This document shows positions 14,373-16,513 of a stretch of DNA of 16,513 nucleotides, one piece after another. The stretch is from an uncultured bacterium (lineage in GTDB: Bacteria; Abyssobacteria; SURF-5): positions 1 through 16,513 of the forward strand of contig CAZEBC010000082.1 of NCBI GenBank assembly GCA_964510165.1. The letters are read 5' to 3'. The translations under genes and the position numbers were made by a program. The stretch's first letter is position 1. Every line of letters starts with the position of its first letter. The notes under the pieces were generated by a model, which saw nothing but the letters and a program-made list of their open reading frames with translations, was not told the origin of the DNA and searched no databases.

Positions 14373-14402
14373 ATTATAACAAAGGTCAGGGGCCCATTTC
14401 AA
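14373..14402 (-). promoter_or_regulatory. sigma70-type promoter of the hydrolase/gamma-CA operon
   Basis: Minus strand TTGAAA, 18-nt spacer, TG-n-TATAAT. Confidence 0.7.
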
Positions 14403-14426
14403 AGGCGTTCTCTTGCTTGTCGGCTC

Positions 14427-14456
14427 TTGACCCCCTCCAACACGGTTTGATATCAT
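14427..14456 (+). promoter_or_regulatory. sigma70-type promoter of cstA
   Basis: TTGACC, 18-nt spacer, TG-n-TATCAT, back to back with the minus-strand promoter. Confidence 0.65.
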
Positions 14457-14519
14457 TGAATCATCGGGTCATGTTTGTTTAATGGACGACTGCTCTCGTC
14501 GCCCGAGGAGATGGGTGTC

Positions 14520-16307
14520 ATGCAGGTGCTCATGTACTTGCTCGCCGCGATCGCGCTTTACGTAATCGCGAGCAGGTTCTACGGTGAATACATCGGCCGA
14601 TTCTTTGGAGTCAACGCCGATAATCCGACGCCGTCCGTCAAGTTTAATGACGGCCGCGATTTCGTGCCCACGAAGACGCCGGTCGTGTTCGGCCATCATT
14701 TCGCGACCATTGCGGGCGCGATGCCGATCATTGGGCCGACGCTCGCCCTCATCTACGGCTATATCCCGGTATGGGTCTGGATCGTGTTCGGCGCCATCTT
14801 CATCGGGGCCGTGCATGACTTTTCCGCCTTGTTCGCGAGCGTCCGGGAGGACGGCCGCTCGGTGTCGGAGATCGCGCGCAAGGCGATGGGCAATACCGGC
14901 TTTACGCTCTTCATCATATTCACGATCATCATGATCCTGCTGGTGACCTCTCTGTTCCTGAAGGCGACGGCGGTGTCGCTCACATCGGTCTGGCCCATAG
15001 AAAAGCTAGGACTTGCGCCCGATCAGACGCTGCTTAAGACCGAGGTCGACAGCAACGGTGTGGTGCTCGGGCGTGTGGGCGGGATAGCCTCGACATCGGT
15101 CATTATCATCACCTTGCTGTCGCCTCTTCTCGGCTATCTGCTGTACAAGCGAAACGTAAAGGTGCGATATGTCTTCGCGCTCGCGACGATCGTGTGCATC
15201 GTCTCGGTGCTGGTGGGGTTCAAGATACCGATAACGTTCAAGCCGGAGACATGGATGATCATCCTCACCTTTTACGTTACCTTGGCGGCGGGAATACCGG
15301 TATGGATCATCCTGCAGCCGAGAGATTTCACCAATGTTCAGCTTCTGTACGGCGGCCTGGGTATCTTGATTGTTGGCCTCTTCGTTGGCGGACTCTCGGG
15401 CAATCTCTCACTTGCGGCGCCAGAATGGGATCCGGAGCAAGGCACTGAAAAGATCGGGCTTATGTGGCCGATGCTGTGCATCACCGTCGCATGCGGGGCG
15501 ATCTCGGGCTTCCATGCGCTCGCGGCCGGAGGAACCACCTCGAAACAGGTCTCGAATGAACGCGCGATAAAGACCATTGGATACAACGCGATGCTGCTCG
15601 AGTCGGTGCTCGCGGTCGGCGTGGTCCTGACACTGGCCAGCAGCCTGAAGTTCTCGGATTACCTGGATATCGTGTGGCCGACTGCAGCGGGCGCAAAAGC
15701 CAACCCGATACTGGCTTTCTCGCTGTCCGTCGGACACCTTCTCAACTCCGCCTTTCATGTGCCGCCCATCTTCGGGACTATCTTTGGCATCCTGATGGTC
15801 GAGGGGTTCGTGGTGACCACGCTCGACTCCGCCGTCCGCATCAACCGCTACCTGTTCGAGGAACTGTGGGCGATCATATTCAAGAATCCGCCCGCGATCA
15901 TCCGGTCGTACTGGTTCAACTCAGGCCTCGCCGCCGTCCTGATGCTGGTGATGGCCTACTACAACGCCTTCGTCACCAACGCGCTCGTGTTCGGCTCGGC
16001 CAACCAGCTGCTCGCCGCGCTCACTCTGTTCTCGGTGGCGCTGTGGTTCATCGGACGCAGGAAAGTGGCATGGATGATCATCCTTCCGGCCATCTTCATG
16101 ATGGTCACCACGATAGCCTCGCTCCTGATACTGCCGAAGTTTCTGATCGAGAAGAAGGCCTATCTCCTGGTCGTGATGGATTTCGCGCTCCTGGCGCTCT
16201 CGCTCGGGGTCATCTACGTCGCGGCCACGACCTTCCGCAGAAAATGGCGGGAGATGAAGCAGGCCCAATTCACCATGGCGGCGGAATTGGTCGAGACGAA
16301 GAGGTAG
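14520..16307 (+). CDS. cstA: carbon starvation protein A (CstA) family transporter
   Basis: DGRDFVPT, VFGHHFATIAGA, IGAVHDF, ITVACGAISGFHAL, TTLDSAVR, FGSANQLLAAL, many TM segments. ATG 14520 has a GAGGAG SD. Confidence 0.93.
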   Translation: MQVLMYLLAAIALYVIASRFYGEYIGRFFGVNADNPTPSVKFNDGRDFVPTKTPVVFGHHFATIAGAMPIIGPTLALIYGYIPVWVWIVFGAIFIGAVHDFSALFASVREDGRSVSEIARKAMGNTGFTLFIIFTIIMILLVTSLFLKATAVSLTSVWPIEKLGLAPDQTLLKTEVDSNGVVLGRVGGIASTSVIIITLLSPLLGYLLYKRNVKVRYVFALATIVCIVSVLVGFKIPITFKPETWMIILTFYVTLAAGIPVWIILQPRDFTNVQLLYGGLGILIVGLFVGGLSGNLSLAAPEWDPEQGTEKIGLMWPMLCITVACGAISGFHALAAGGTTSKQVSNERAIKTIGYNAMLLESVLAVGVVLTLASSLKFSDYLDIVWPTAAGAKANPILAFSLSVGHLLNSAFHVPPIFGTIFGILMVEGFVVTTLDSAVRINRYLFEELWAIIFKNPPAIIRSYWFNSGLAAVLMLVMAYYNAFVTNALVFGSANQLLAALTLFSVALWFIGRRKVAWMIILPAIFMMVTTIASLLILPKFLIEKKAYLLVVMDFALLALSLGVIYVAATTFRRKWREMKQAQFTMAAELVETKR

Positions 16308-16370
16308 GAACTCCGGTCCCTTCGCGTCTCAAGGGTGTTGTGTCCGAACGAATTCGACCCTACGGGTTAC

Positions 16371-16423
16371 GTGGACGCCGTGGACGATGTGGACAAACAC
16401 GGACATGCATGGACTTTCTGGAT
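16371..16423 (+). repeat. GGAC-periodic short tandem repeat
   Basis: GGAC at 16373, 16382, 16391, 16401 and 16411, GGAT at 16420 (period 9-10). Confidence 0.65.
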
Positions 16424-16513
16424 CCCGTCCCTTTCTCCCTTTTTCCCTTTTGACTTTTTCCTTTTTCCCCCAACGCAGTTGAAAAACGCCTGGGGTGCCG
16501 CGCCCGGGCGCGG

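Noticed and set aside
15674-16453. 259-aa alternative-frame ORF over the cstA 3' half
   Set aside because: An off-frame shadow of cstA with R/G/H-rich composition.
16472-16513. CAGTTGAAAAACGCC plus GC hairpin as an IS/MITE end or minus-strand terminator
   Set aside because: It is at the window edge with no partner repeat or transposase visible, so it cannot be supported.

Overview
GC-rich bacterial DNA; I cannot assign the taxon from sequence alone. Bases 200-11958 (+) are a flagellar cluster: fliQ-fliR-flhB-flhA-flhF-flhG, then fliM, a FliY-like/FliN switch protein, fliA (sigma28), a SwrB-like membrane protein, a FliK-like protein and a stand-alone FlhB C-terminal-domain protein. Bases ~11960-13010 are an accessory island. 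It holds a near-consensus sigma54 promoter with candidate enhancer and IHF sites, a structured ~160-nt leader and a 97-aa membrane-anchored CxxC/coiled-coil ORF. It ends with a near-consensus sigma70 promoter that has no conventional gene downstream, only a ~250-nt multi-hairpin segment (candidate ncRNA). Next come a minus-strand pair (MBL-fold hydrolase, gamma-carbonic-anhydrase-like protein) and a divergent cstA-family transporter. Several intergenic spaces carry REP-like palindromes or short tandem repeats. The main oddities are FlhB with NPFF instead of NPTH on a T7 tract, nested inverted repeats around the fliQ promoter and SD, a phosphatase-degenerate FliY with a possible internal FliN start, a triplicated N-terminal module in the FliK-like protein, and the sigma54-ORF/orphan-RNA island. 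All calls are by eye; no searches were run.
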